Assembly (NCBI GenBank): GCA_020059045.1
Contig: JAGVCW010000018.1
Span: forward strand, 91,320 to 152,681
Reading direction: 5' to 3'
Source of the DNA: Minisyncoccota bacterium
Lineage (GTDB): Bacteria; Patescibacteriota; Minisyncoccia; Phycocordibacterales; Zambryskibacteraceae
DNA length: 61,362 nucleotides
In this document: positions 16,928 through 25,362 of the stretch, piece after piece
Layout: every line of letters begins with the position of its first letter
How positions within the stretch are numbered: the first letter of the stretch is position 1
Made by a program: the position numbers and the translations under genes
Notes under the pieces: model-generated
What the model was told of the DNA's origin: nothing
Seen by the model: only the letters and a program-made list of their open reading frames with translations
Database searches by the model: none

Positions 16928-17062
16928 GCGTCTTGCACATAAAAAATTTTGGGCATGGAGTTACTAAGAATTTGGTAGCATAAATATTACATGGACTAGT
17001 TCGTGCGAACTAGCCTATAGAACAGAATACTATTATATACATTAGAAAACAACTCTAAATTT

Positions 17063-17644
17063 CTACTTTGCTTTTTTTCCTAATTTGAAAACTTTTTTCT
17101 TTATTCTTTCACGTCGCCATATTCCAAAATGTTTCAGATACCCAAACTTGTATAAGCGGATTGGTGAAAATCCTGCAAACCAGAGTATCCCCCTACGCAT
17201 TTCGTTTGTTGTGTCGCCAAACACTAGGTGCAAAATAATTGGCATGGTGTCCGATGTGACAAACATCACTGCAGAGCGACCCTTGAGTAACCTCTGCCAA
17301 CTGTATCCTCCTTCCGGAAAGTGATAAGCAAATCCTGGCAGCCAAGCTCGGTCAAATATTCCTTTGAGCTTTGCCGGCATTGTAGAAAACCATGTTGGAT
17401 AAAAAACCACGAAGTGATCGCACCATTTCACATTTTCCTGAAATGCCACTAGGTCAGGTTCAAGATCTTGCTTAACCTTGTATCCCTTGTGCAATACTGG
17501 ATCAAAGTTCATTTCCTCTAGATTCATCCGTCTTACCTCATGACCATTCTCTGTTGCACCTTTTTCGTATTCACCCGCCAAAGTACCGTTAAAAGTATCT
17601 GTGTCTGGGTGCCCAAGTAATATAAAAATCTTCTTTTTTTGCAT
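17063..17644 (-). CDS. flavodoxin-like fold NAD(P)H-dependent oxidoreductase (Flavodoxin_2 / quinone reductase-type)
   Basis: KIFILLGHPDTDTFNG...WCDHFVVFYPTWFSTMPAKLKGIFDRAW is typical of this family. About 125 nt at its 3' end are duplicated at 11321-11455. Confidence 0.8.
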   Translation of the reverse strand: MQKKKIFILLGHPDTDTFNGTLAGEYEKGATENGHEVRRMNLEEMNFDPVLHKGYKVKQDLEPDLVAFQENVKWCDHFVVFYPTWFSTMPAKLKGIFDRAWLPGFAYHFPEGGYSWQRLLKGRSAVMFVTSDTMPIILHLVFGDTTNEMRRGILWFAGFSPIRLYKFGYLKHFGIWRRERIKKKVFKLGKKAK

Positions 17645-17664
17645 AATTTTGTAACTTCCAATTA

Positions 17665-18507
17665 CTAGCTCTTCCCAACATGCTTATTTAAGTAAGCGAG
17701 GGCACCATAGAGTCCACCGAGATCTCCTAACTCTGATTTTCTTAGAGGTGGAAGGTCGGGATAAATCTTTATCATCTGCCGTAGATGTGCTTCCACACGA
17801 TCAAGCGGGACACCGATTTTATTCATCATTGATCCACCGAGCACTACCACATCTGGTGACCAGTGAACGATTGTATTGTTGAGACCCACCGCCAAAATTC
17901 TTGCAGTCTTTTCCCAGAACTCACTATCCTCTATCTCGTGAGGCTTCTTGCCTATTCGAGCCTCCACCCATCTTCCTCCGATCATTGATTCCAAGTCAGT
18001 GCCAGGAGCGTCCGGAACAAAGGTTTTATCCATATCGACAATCTGATGTCCGGGCTCGAACCCAATTATTTTTTCATCAATCTTTCCTTCCACTATTCTT
18101 GCCCCACCCACCCCCGTGCTTACAGTAATATATACCACTATCCCAAAGCCCTTACCCGCACCAGTTGTTGCCTCACCAAGTCCCACCATTGCGGCATCAT
18201 TTTCAATAAATACATTTGTCTTGAAGCTTTCCTCCAAGTCACTCTTGAGTGGCTTTTCAATCCAATCTGAAAGATTAGGACTTGCAATAAGTATCTCTCT
18301 TTTTCTTGACCATGGACCAGCTATACCTCCAACAATTGTTTCAACCCTCTGCCCTCTTGAAAGAAGTAAAATCTTTTCTTTTATAATACTAAGCCCGTCC
18401 TCATATAAACTAGGTGTATCGAAGACTACCGGGTCATTGAAATTTTCCTTGTTTGTTGTCGAAGCAATTCTTGTTTTGGTACCTCCAATATCGAAAAGAA
18501 TATGCAT
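17665..18507 (-). CDS. ROK-family sugar kinase (glucokinase-like)
   Basis: N-terminal DIGGTKTR, ENDAAMVGLGE and GVGGARIV blocks of the ASKHA/ROK fold. It sits next to pgi. Confidence 0.7.
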   Translation of the reverse strand: MHILFDIGGTKTRIASTTNKENFNDPVVFDTPSLYEDGLSIIKEKILLLSRGQRVETIVGGIAGPWSRKREILIASPNLSDWIEKPLKSDLEESFKTNVFIENDAAMVGLGEATTGAGKGFGIVVYITVSTGVGGARIVEGKIDEKIIGFEPGHQIVDMDKTFVPDAPGTDLESMIGGRWVEARIGKKPHEIEDSEFWEKTARILAVGLNNTIVHWSPDVVVLGGSMMNKIGVPLDRVEAHLRQMIKIYPDLPPLRKSELGDLGGLYGALAYLNKHVGKS

Positions 18508-18562
18508 TGTTTTAGAATTGTATGAAGTCTTAATTATACCACAATTCTATATTCCTCATTCC

Positions 18563-19852
18563 TTATTCTTCCAGCAACGTTCTGGCCCTCTCCTTATATT
18601 CCTCTACATTCGGTTGATCAAACACGTTTACACCCATTAGCCTACCTAGATAGACAATACTAAACATACTGCAAATCATGTACTCTCCTAGAGACTTTTC
18701 GCTCACGACTGGGAGGATCGTCTCCATGTATGGCATTTTATGAATGTCATAAGATAGCTTCACCGAGTCATATATGATCTTTGTAATTTGTGATTGTGTC
18801 TTTCCTACAAACTTGCTGTCGAGATCACCAAGAGACTTACTATCAGGGAGGAGTTCTCCACCCTCACCTTCAGTCAAAACAAAGTGTGTTAAGCGCTTAT
18901 CAGGCTGTGCCAAGTTAAGTTGTAGCATCGAATGCAGATCTGTAGTGCCGACAGACACTACAGGAGTGTAAACTGGCATTACTTTAATATTTGTAGTTGT
19001 TTTCTCCTTACCAAGACTTTCTGCAAAAAGTTGTCTATACCACTTTCCAAGAGTTTCCAATCTCGGATGGAAAAGTGAAATATCCAATATATCTTTATCC
19101 TTAAGACTCTGATAGTAGAGAATAGTTGCAGACATGAAAGCATAATTTTCCGTGACACTTAACTTTAGGCACTGGTCAGACATCTCCTTTGCCCCAACTA
19201 AGAAGGATTTAACATCATGGCCAAGAAGATAAAGTGGAATAAGAGTGTTTAGTGCAAATGCCGAGAATCTATCACCAAGAGCTTTGGGTGTTTCAAATAT
19301 ATGTGTTTTAGTACCACTAAATTTCATCCACAAAGGTGAATCTCTATCTGTAGTAATTATTATCCTCTCATCGATTTCGCCAAACTTGCTTTCAAGTTGG
19401 CTAAGTAGCAATTCTGCATTCACAATCATCTCTATGGTAGCTCCAGATTTACTTAATATGCATACTACCAATTCGTCCTTCGCATTTAGTTTAGATATTA
19501 TTTCATCTATCTCCTTTGTGCTGAATGAGTTTGTTGTATCAAGATAAACAGCTTTTAGTTTATCCCCCTCATTTTTACTTAAAGCATCATTTATAGCCCT
19601 TGATGCGAGATTCGCACCTCCTATCCCTACTACAAAAACTACTTTGAGTTTATCCCTCAAGCTTGAAACTTTTTGCAACTCGGCATTTACATACTTCTCA
19701 CTTCTCGGGTACGACAGAAAGCAATACGGACTATCAAATTTTTCTTCCGTCGAGTATTCCGAGATATTGTGAATAACTTGCGTGAGAGTTTCTCCAGCAA
19801 AATCTAGAGTGCTCTTGAAATCAGGAGGCTGTGGAGAGTACGAGAATCGCAT
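18563..19852 (-). CDS. pgi: glucose-6-phosphate isomerase
   Basis: SIS-domain blocks GIGGANL, SKSGATIE, GDRFSAFALNTL and FAESLGKE. Confidence 0.85.
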   Translation of the reverse strand: MRFSYSPQPPDFKSTLDFAGETLTQVIHNISEYSTEEKFDSPYCFLSYPRSEKYVNAELQKVSSLRDKLKVVFVVGIGGANLASRAINDALSKNEGDKLKAVYLDTTNSFSTKEIDEIISKLNAKDELVVCILSKSGATIEMIVNAELLLSQLESKFGEIDERIIITTDRDSPLWMKFSGTKTHIFETPKALGDRFSAFALNTLIPLYLLGHDVKSFLVGAKEMSDQCLKLSVTENYAFMSATILYYQSLKDKDILDISLFHPRLETLGKWYRQLFAESLGKEKTTTNIKVMPVYTPVVSVGTTDLHSMLQLNLAQPDKRLTHFVLTEGEGGELLPDSKSLGDLDSKFVGKTQSQITKIIYDSVKLSYDIHKMPYMETILPVVSEKSLGEYMICSMFSIVYLGRLMGVNVFDQPNVEEYKERARTLLEE

Positions 19853-19914
19853 ATAAGTACTTTATACAGTATACCAAGAAAACATTCTTCACTCTAAAAG
19901 AAAAAGAGCCGTAG

Positions 19915-20133
19915 TTACGACTCCTTACGGTAGACATTATTAGCCACACTTGTCACTTTCTCCATCCTTTCCTTGCCAGTTGCATCAAATAGTAGAAATC
20001 CGAGAATTATCACCACAATGGTAAGCTCAAGCGAATTGTCCGCACCCTTGTTTGCTATTTCCTTAATAACCAAAGTCACCACTTTCCCTATGCCAACAAT
20101 TATCAGGATGTTAATCCAAAGCTGGATACCCAT
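19915..20133 (-). CDS. small membrane protein (72 aa)
   Basis: The internal ATG is preceded by AAGGAG and the product has two TM helices. The track ORF start was trimmed. A terminator hairpin plus T-run lies at its stop. Confidence 0.5.
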   Translation of the reverse strand: MGIQLWINILIIVGIGKVVTLVIKEIANKGADNSLELTIVVIILGFLLFDATGKERMEKVTSVANNVYRKES

Positions 20134-20311
20134 GCTAGTGACTCCTTGTCGGCTGTATGTTGAAGTTTCCTCTAATATAATTCTATAATGTACAAGATTA
20201 CTTGTCAACAAGAGGCATAATTATCCACATATGCCGACAAATATATGATTTTTCTCGCTATAATAAGTCCTGTAGATTATTAAGAGGTCGCATTAATTTG
20301 AAATTGTTATT

Positions 20312-20704
20312 ATGGCAAAAAAATTGAGTATGGTGTTCGGAATCATTTTCGTTATTGTAGGATTACTTGGTTTTGTACCAAACCCTATAGTAGGAATGGA
20401 TTCCCTATTCCACACTGATTCGCTTCATAACATTGTCCACCTTGTAATAGGTCTTATACTTTTGTATACGGGCACTAAGGCTGGCGGAAGTGCCCCAATG
20501 GCGCTTAAGGTCATAGGTATCATTTATCTATTACTTGCTATTCTTGGATGGATTGGAAGTGGCGAAAGCATTCTTGGTCTCGTTGAGATAAACGGGGCAG
20601 ATAACTGGCTTCATCTTGTTCTCGGTGTAGTTCTAGTTTGGGCAGGATTTGCAGGCAAGAAAAGTTCTGATATGGGTGGTATGTCACCTCAGCCGATGGC
20701 ATAA
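20312..20704 (+). CDS. membrane protein (DUF4383-like, recollection)
   Basis: 130 aa with 4 TM helices. The GLLGFVPNP...HNIVHLVIG pattern is present. Confidence 0.65.
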   Translation: MAKKLSMVFGIIFVIVGLLGFVPNPIVGMDSLFHTDSLHNIVHLVIGLILLYTGTKAGGSAPMALKVIGIIYLLLAILGWIGSGESILGLVEINGADNWLHLVLGVVLVWAGFAGKKSSDMGGMSPQPMA

Positions 20705-20723
20705 ATCTGTTTTCAAAACAAAA

Positions 20724-20752
20724 AACCTCTCAATATATTGAGAGGTTTTTTG
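20724..20752 (+). terminator. rho-independent terminator
   Basis: 12-bp hairpin AACCTCTCAATA/TATTGAGAGGTT followed by T5. Confidence 0.8.
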
Positions 20753-20809
20753 TTTGCTTCATAATTCTTTCGCTTAGTATAATTAGGTCAATTAGGTCAA
20801 TTCTACTTA

Positions 20810-21238
20810 TTATAACTTGAGTACCTTCTCCATATCTTCGTGAAATCCAGGCGTTGCCTCAAAGTTTTTCGCTTCCTCTGGAGTTATCCAGACAAGCTCT
20901 GTGTGCTCCCATGACAATTTAATATTTGGGTTTGTGATCTCGACTAGATATATATGTCTTATCCATTCACGATCAAGATCCTTATCAACGAAAAGATATG
21001 TTTCCCCTTCTTTAATTTCTTTAATGTCAGTAGTTTTGAGCCCTAGCTCTTCTTCAATCTCGAAAGCAACTTTCTCTTCCATGGTTTTCTCATCATCTAC
21101 GAACCCAGCGAGACATGACCACAGCCCCTGGTATGTAAGCATTTTTTCACTGCGTTTTACCAGGAGAAACTTGTCTCGATATCGAACAAAAATTACGATC
21201 ACAGGTGCCGATCGCGCATTAGTGTAATCAATGGACAT
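20810..21238 (-). CDS. Nudix-fold hydrolase (atypical Nudix box)
   Basis: GFVDDEKTMEEKVAFEIEEELGL aligns to the 23-residue Nudix box with K at position 7 and F at position 15. The start is set at MSIDY, with TATAAT 7 nt upstream. Confidence 0.7.
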   Translation of the reverse strand: MSIDYTNARSAPVIVIFVRYRDKFLLVKRSEKMLTYQGLWSCLAGFVDDEKTMEEKVAFEIEEELGLKTTDIKEIKEGETYLFVDKDLDREWIRHIYLVEITNPNIKLSWEHTELVWITPEEAKNFEATPGFHEDMEKVLKL

Positions 21239-21346
21239 ACATAACATTATACACCAAAGAATGCGTAGTCTACCCACAAAGTGGCTCAAGTTAGATGCAT
21301 AAAAAAACTGCCCACCGATTCGGTATGGCAGATAGGCAATAAAGAG

Positions 21347-21670
21347 CTACGTAGTACTTGTTGGTTGAGTTTCTGCAGTGTCAACATATGGTTCGCTCTT
21401 CTCTTCCTTTTTCTCATCCTTGCGACCACGAAGGTCAGCAAGAACTTCTTCTGCAAGAGCGACCACACGGGGGTGTGCCCTCGCTTTCTTGAGGGTCGCA
21501 GGCAATGTAGAGTGCTGCTCAGCAATTTTCTGGGCGTCATATTCTTTTATCTTACTTCTCCGCAGCACGTCGAGAAGTGCCTCTATAACTTCAATTGATG
21601 AATCACACAATGCCAATGAAATCACTTCATGGAACGGTCTCTTTTCAGCAGGCAAGATAGCACTCTCCAT
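21347..21670 (-). CDS. hypothetical protein (107 aa)
   Basis: It was chosen among four overlapping ORFs. The sequence is helical and protein-like, and it is followed on the minus strand by a hairpin plus T7 terminator (about 21305-21335). Confidence 0.5.
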   Translation of the reverse strand: MESAILPAEKRPFHEVISLALCDSSIEVIEALLDVLRRSKIKEYDAQKIAEQHSTLPATLKKARAHPRVVALAEEVLADLRGRKDEKKEEKSEPYVDTAETQPTSTT

Positions 21671-21784
21671 TTGAAGGGACGATTGAACAGAAAATATACT
21701 ATGATTATTTTATGAGTATGTCAATATTCATGCATAAACGACTCATCATTTGAGGCAATAAAAAAAGCGCCATACCTTGGCGCA

Positions 21785-22402
21785 TTAATATCCCATATCA
21801 ATCCCCCTTTCGGCCTTGTTCCGAAGCCGGAACAAAAAGGGCTGATCTCGATCGATCTTAACATTGTGTCCGATCTGCTCATAATTCCACTTTGCGTCGA
21901 TACCATCAAGGTAAGGTACGTGGGTCGCAAACTTGTCCTCCTCATGTCCAAGCTCAGCAATTAGGATTCTTTTGCCCGGTATACATGTTCGTTGATCATT
22001 CAGAATACGATGAGTTCCTGGGGGACAGAGCTCAACCAACTGGTTATCGAGAACGTCCTCACTCCATTCCCGAAGTCGAGTGGAATCAAGAATTTCTTGT
22101 ATAAAGCTGTCCCCTCGAAAATCAAGTTCATTAGGAGTCAGAAGTACCAATTCGTCCCTTCCAGTTGACCAGATACAGCTTAGTGTTGGATTCAATCGTA
22201 CCTTTCCCGCAAGTTCCTTTACTGAGTTACATATTGCGTCAATCATGGTATCAGCCATCTTGGCACCAACTTCCACAAGTCGCTGGGTTCGAAATTTTCC
22301 CGGCTTGTATCTCTCAAGAGCAATTCCAGCACCTCTCCGAGCATAGTCCTCAATCAAACGACGCACTTGCGTGTCCTGCCCAGATGTCATCGATGCAGTC
22401 AT
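21785..22402 (-). CDS. hypothetical protein (205 aa)
   Basis: The start is set at the ATG preceded by GAGGTGAT. The gene is G+C-rich with no recognised domain. Confidence 0.6.
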   Translation of the reverse strand: MTASMTSGQDTQVRRLIEDYARRGAGIALERYKPGKFRTQRLVEVGAKMADTMIDAICNSVKELAGKVRLNPTLSCIWSTGRDELVLLTPNELDFRGDSFIQEILDSTRLREWSEDVLDNQLVELCPPGTHRILNDQRTCIPGKRILIAELGHEEDKFATHVPYLDGIDAKWNYEQIGHNVKIDRDQPFLFRLRNKAERGIDMGY

Positions 22403-22461
22403 CGTGATCACCTCTATGATTGGCAAGCTCGATTCGCTCGAGCCCGGCGGCTAATCTCCGA

Positions 22462-22513
22462 TTGAGACAAGCTTCTAGAGTCCAAATGTTTGGGCACAAA
22501 AAGCTTGTCTCAA
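22462..22513. repeat. 13-bp perfect inverted repeat TTGAGACAAGCTT / AAGCTTGTCTCAA (26-nt loop)
   Basis: Read directly. It is intergenic between 22614-23057 and 21785-22402, and no T-run follows it. Confidence 0.8.
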
Positions 22514-22613
22514 ATATGAGGAACATCTAGTTGTAGACTGTCACAATCTGGAAATAGAGTCAACGTGAGTATGAAAAACCGCAAGAATATTTAAGTATTC
22601 TCGCGGTGATGTA

Positions 22614-23057
22614 TCAAAGCAACAAATTATTGTTACGGTTCTTGCTAGTCATGTTGTTTACTTCCTGAATAGCTCCAATGAGAGGGGTGGCCTCTTTAAC
22701 TACTTCCTCGCCAGAAGCAACCATCCTTTTTTGCTTGTCAGCAAGTTTCACGGCACTGACTATCTCATCTTCAAGGCGTTGCTCCTGGGTAGTTTCACTG
22801 ACAACGACTTGCTTCCACCATAAATGACCAGTTGTTATTTTTCTTACTTCATCTCCTTCAAAGACAGGGAACATAGTGTACGTGCCTTTTTTACTGCTTG
22901 CACAAATAGCCAAAATAGCAAATGGTCGTTCATAGCTATATAAGTCTTGAGTTCTCCTAAATTCACTGTCAGGAAAAGCAAAGAAAAGCACCATAAAGTG
23001 ACCGTTGTCATAGATCTCCTTTCCTTCAGCAAGATTAACTTCTGACCTTAAAGGCAC
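22614..23057 (-). CDS. hypothetical protein (147 aa, GTG start)
   Basis: AAGGGGGAG RBS, with TTGACA (23124-23129 on the minus strand) upstream. Confidence 0.6.
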   Translation of the reverse strand: MPLRSEVNLAEGKEIYDNGHFMVLFFAFPDSEFRRTQDLYSYERPFAILAICASSKKGTYTMFPVFEGDEVRKITTGHLWWKQVVVSETTQEQRLEDEIVSAVKLADKQKRMVASGEEVVKEATPLIGAIQEVNNMTSKNRNNNLLL

Positions 23058-23330
23058 GACTCCCCCTTGTAGTAGTTGTGATTGCGCCTGTTCCTAGGAT
23101 TTTCTATCAGAAATCTGTAACTTTGTCAAGCTTGTGGCTAAAAAAATTCATGTGATGCCGTTGTGGTCAGGAGTAACTTTTTACCTATGTGTCTTTTGTG
23201 GTCACGAATATTTTGTTCGTCGCCACAAACAAAATTTCTCGACCCTGGCTCAGTATCGCTCGTACTCTTGCGATATACTTCCGCCTTCCACAAAAGCACA
23301 AAACCCCTATCGGGGTTCTTGTGTCTTTTG

Positions 23331-23403
23331 TGGACCCTACCGGATTCGAACCGGTGACCTCCTCATTGCAAATGAGGCGCTCTACCAACTAAGCTAAGGG
23401 CCC
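23331..23403 (-). tRNA. tRNA-Ala (anticodon TGC)
   Basis: Cloverleaf read by hand: acceptor GGGCCCT with G3:U70, anticodon arm CCTCA-TTTGCAA-TGAGG, T-loop GGTTCGAATCC. CCA is not encoded. A terminator AACCCC-GATA-GGGGTT follows. Confidence 0.93.
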
Positions 23404-23587
23404 AGAAAGCTTCTATCTTACAGCTGTAAGCTAGAAAAGCCTTAATGCGATAAGAGATACAATACAGCAAAGAAGTAATCCTTTCAAATACTTTCGGGGT
23501 ATAAGAAAATCATATAAAATAAGATTTGGTCTAGTCTCCATAGTGCAAATGGACAGGGACCCGACTCAATAAATTTGGCAACAAACT

Positions 23588-23905
23588 ATGTACGAACAGC
23601 CTAAAAGCCCAGAGCAAATAGCACAAACCCGATTACACGAAACCATGAAAGAACGTGTAGAGCTTTGGGTATCACTCATTACAAGCTCAAATTTAAATGA
23701 GGACAATAAAAAGCGTTTTAACGAAATTGTAGATAGAACATTTGGTACAAACATACATATGGGTGTGTCTGATTTTTTTGTAAAAATGAAAAAAGATTTA
23801 CATAACGCTACAGTTTACTCATACCAAACAAATGAAGCACTAGCTTTGTATAAGAATATTGAAAGTGACATAGACGCCTATATGACTGAACTTTACCTCA
23901 GTTAA
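23588..23905 (+). CDS. hypothetical protein (105 aa)
   Basis: ORF 8 nt upstream of the next gene. Helical, no recognised domain. Confidence 0.6.
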   Translation: MYEQPKSPEQIAQTRLHETMKERVELWVSLITSSNLNEDNKKRFNEIVDRTFGTNIHMGVSDFFVKMKKDLHNATVYSYQTNEALALYKNIESDIDAYMTELYLS

Positions 23906-23913
23906 ATTTCAAT

Positions 23914-24294
23914 ATGAAAATTTTCTTAGACGATCAGTTTGATACAGATAGAACAAGCTGGGTCCCAGAAGGTTACTCGGGTGTGCGAAACTTTGCGGAG
24001 TTTATGTTAAAACTTGAGGAATCCATAGAAAGAGGAGAAAAAATAGAAGCAATAAGCTTTGACAATGATTTGGGTGATGGTGAGAAAGAAGGTTGGGAAA
24101 TTGCCAAATGGCTTACAGAAGTGCACCCAGAAATCTTTGCGGAGAATCCAGAATTACATGTGCACTCTGCAAACCCATCTGGTAGAGAAAGGATAGAGCA
24201 CCACCTAACGAGGGGTTTAACACATTATAGGGAACTTATTGAAGCTAAGAATTTACCTGATCCTTGGGGTAGAATTGAGAAAAAAATACTTTAG
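23914..24294 (+). CDS. standalone receiver-like domain (resembles cyclic-phosphate-processing REC-like family; recollection)
   Basis: The MKIFLDD...ISFDNDLGDGEKEGWEIAKWL...VHSANPSGRERI pattern matches the family signature IS-x-D-H/N-DLG ... HS-x-NP-x-G. Confidence 0.55.
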   Translation: MKIFLDDQFDTDRTSWVPEGYSGVRNFAEFMLKLEESIERGEKIEAISFDNDLGDGEKEGWEIAKWLTEVHPEIFAENPELHVHSANPSGRERIEHHLTRGLTHYRELIEAKNLPDPWGRIEKKIL

Positions 24295-24318
24295 AATTGA
24301 CCAAACGTTCTAATCGAG

Positions 24319-25362
24319 TCATCTCCCTTGACCGTAAAATTGTATCAAGAGAGCAACATGCTCATTGTAAGTTGCAGTGCAGTGGAATTCTCCATCGTCA
24401 TCGTGAAAGTAGAAAATGCAATCTGTGTCTCTAGGGTTGAGGGCGGCGAGAATAGCATCGAGGGACGCACTAGATATTGGAGCAGGCGGGAGTCCTTCAT
24501 TTTTGTAAGTATTAAATGGAGATACTATACTTTTGTCACTTGGCCTTACTTTTGGCCACCATGGTTCATTTACATTGGTGCCCTTAGCGTACTGTAAGGT
24601 CGCATCAATCTGGAGATTAATATCAGTAAAAAGCCGATTCCATATAATTCCAGATATTAAGCGCATGTCCTCAAACTCACTCGCCTCTCGCTCGATAAGT
24701 GATGCTATTGTGAGAGCATCCTTTAGTGGAACTTGCTTCTCAAGTGAATTGCTATAGCGAGAAGCTACCTCGTTATTAAACCTACTAATAACAAGATCTG
24801 CTACTTCAGTTGACCCAGCATTTAAGGTCGTAACATAAGTTCCAGGAGCAAATATTCCGTCTGAAATACTAGGATAAAAGTCTACAACTTGCTTTAAAAA
24901 TTCTTGTCTGTCGGCTCGATCCCAATTTAGAATTTTGCCGAAATTCTCTGCCACTTGTTCCTTCCTCTCCCCCGATTGTATTACTAGTACTCGACCCGTG
25001 GGTGATGCTACACTTTGATACCAGTCGACTGTCGTGAGTCTTGCAAATACACGTCGAAGCATACTTGTGGCAGAACTCGTGTTTGTAGATTTAGAGGCTA
25101 TATGTTTCTTAAAATACGCATCAACATTTGGGTTTTCAGTAATGGTCTTTTTGTGTGGATTTACTCCAACAGGGAATGTTGCAAGAGGTTTAACACTGTT
25201 TGATTGATAGTTTCGTACTTGGGTAACTACTATGTTCGTACTTAAGTACAAATAGCTACTGAAAATTAGCAGGAGTAGTAAAGCAGTAAGTAATGAATTA
25301 GCAGACCTGCTTCGCCTCTTTTGAATCCATTTTCTGAAAAGTGTAATTTGTATAATTTTCAT
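24319..25362 (-). CDS. mltG: MltG/YceG-like endolytic murein transglycosylase (full length)
   Basis: ASLIEREA, LQIDATLQYA, SPFNTYKNEGLPPAPISSASLDAILAALNP and YFHDDDGEFHCTATYNEH blocks. Confidence 0.88.
   Translation of the reverse strand: MKIIQITLFRKWIQKRRSRSANSLLTALLLLLIFSSYLYLSTNIVVTQVRNYQSNSVKPLATFPVGVNPHKKTITENPNVDAYFKKHIASKSTNTSSATSMLRRVFARLTTVDWYQSVASPTGRVLVIQSGERKEQVAENFGKILNWDRADRQEFLKQVVDFYPSISDGIFAPGTYVTTLNAGSTEVADLVISRFNNEVASRYSNSLEKQVPLKDALTIASLIEREASEFEDMRLISGIIWNRLFTDINLQIDATLQYAKGTNVNEPWWPKVRPSDKSIVSPFNTYKNEGLPPAPISSASLDAILAALNPRDTDCIFYFHDDDGEFHCTATYNEHVALLIQFYGQGR

Larger units (their letters stand above)
11449..17190. mobile_element. putative integrated genomic island (~5.7 kb) inserted in the 3' end of the oxidoreductase gene
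   Basis: It is bounded by the identical 16-mer GCAAACCAGAGTATCC at 11433-11448 and 17175-17190 within direct repeats of the gene's 3' end. It is G+C-richer than its flanks and carries five ORFs with their own promoters, SD sites and terminators. Confidence 0.6.

Noticed and set aside
21281-21674. Alternative ORFs (plus 21281-21598, plus 21378-21674, minus 21286-21540) overlapping the chosen 21347-21670 gene
   Set aside because: Their translations are Ser/Arg/Cys-rich and non-globular. Only the chosen minus-strand frame gives a helical, protein-like sequence and is followed by a minus-strand terminator.
23134-23397. Four 64-87-aa ORFs overlapping the tRNA-Ala gene and its flank
   Set aside because: They overlap a clear tRNA and terminator. 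The region is explained by RNA and regulatory features.
21290-23403. Calling the tRNA-Ala-adjacent block a prophage or integrative element
   Set aside because: There is no integrase, no phage-like genes and no repeat of the tRNA 3' end beyond 3 nt. Only compositional deviation supports a foreign origin.
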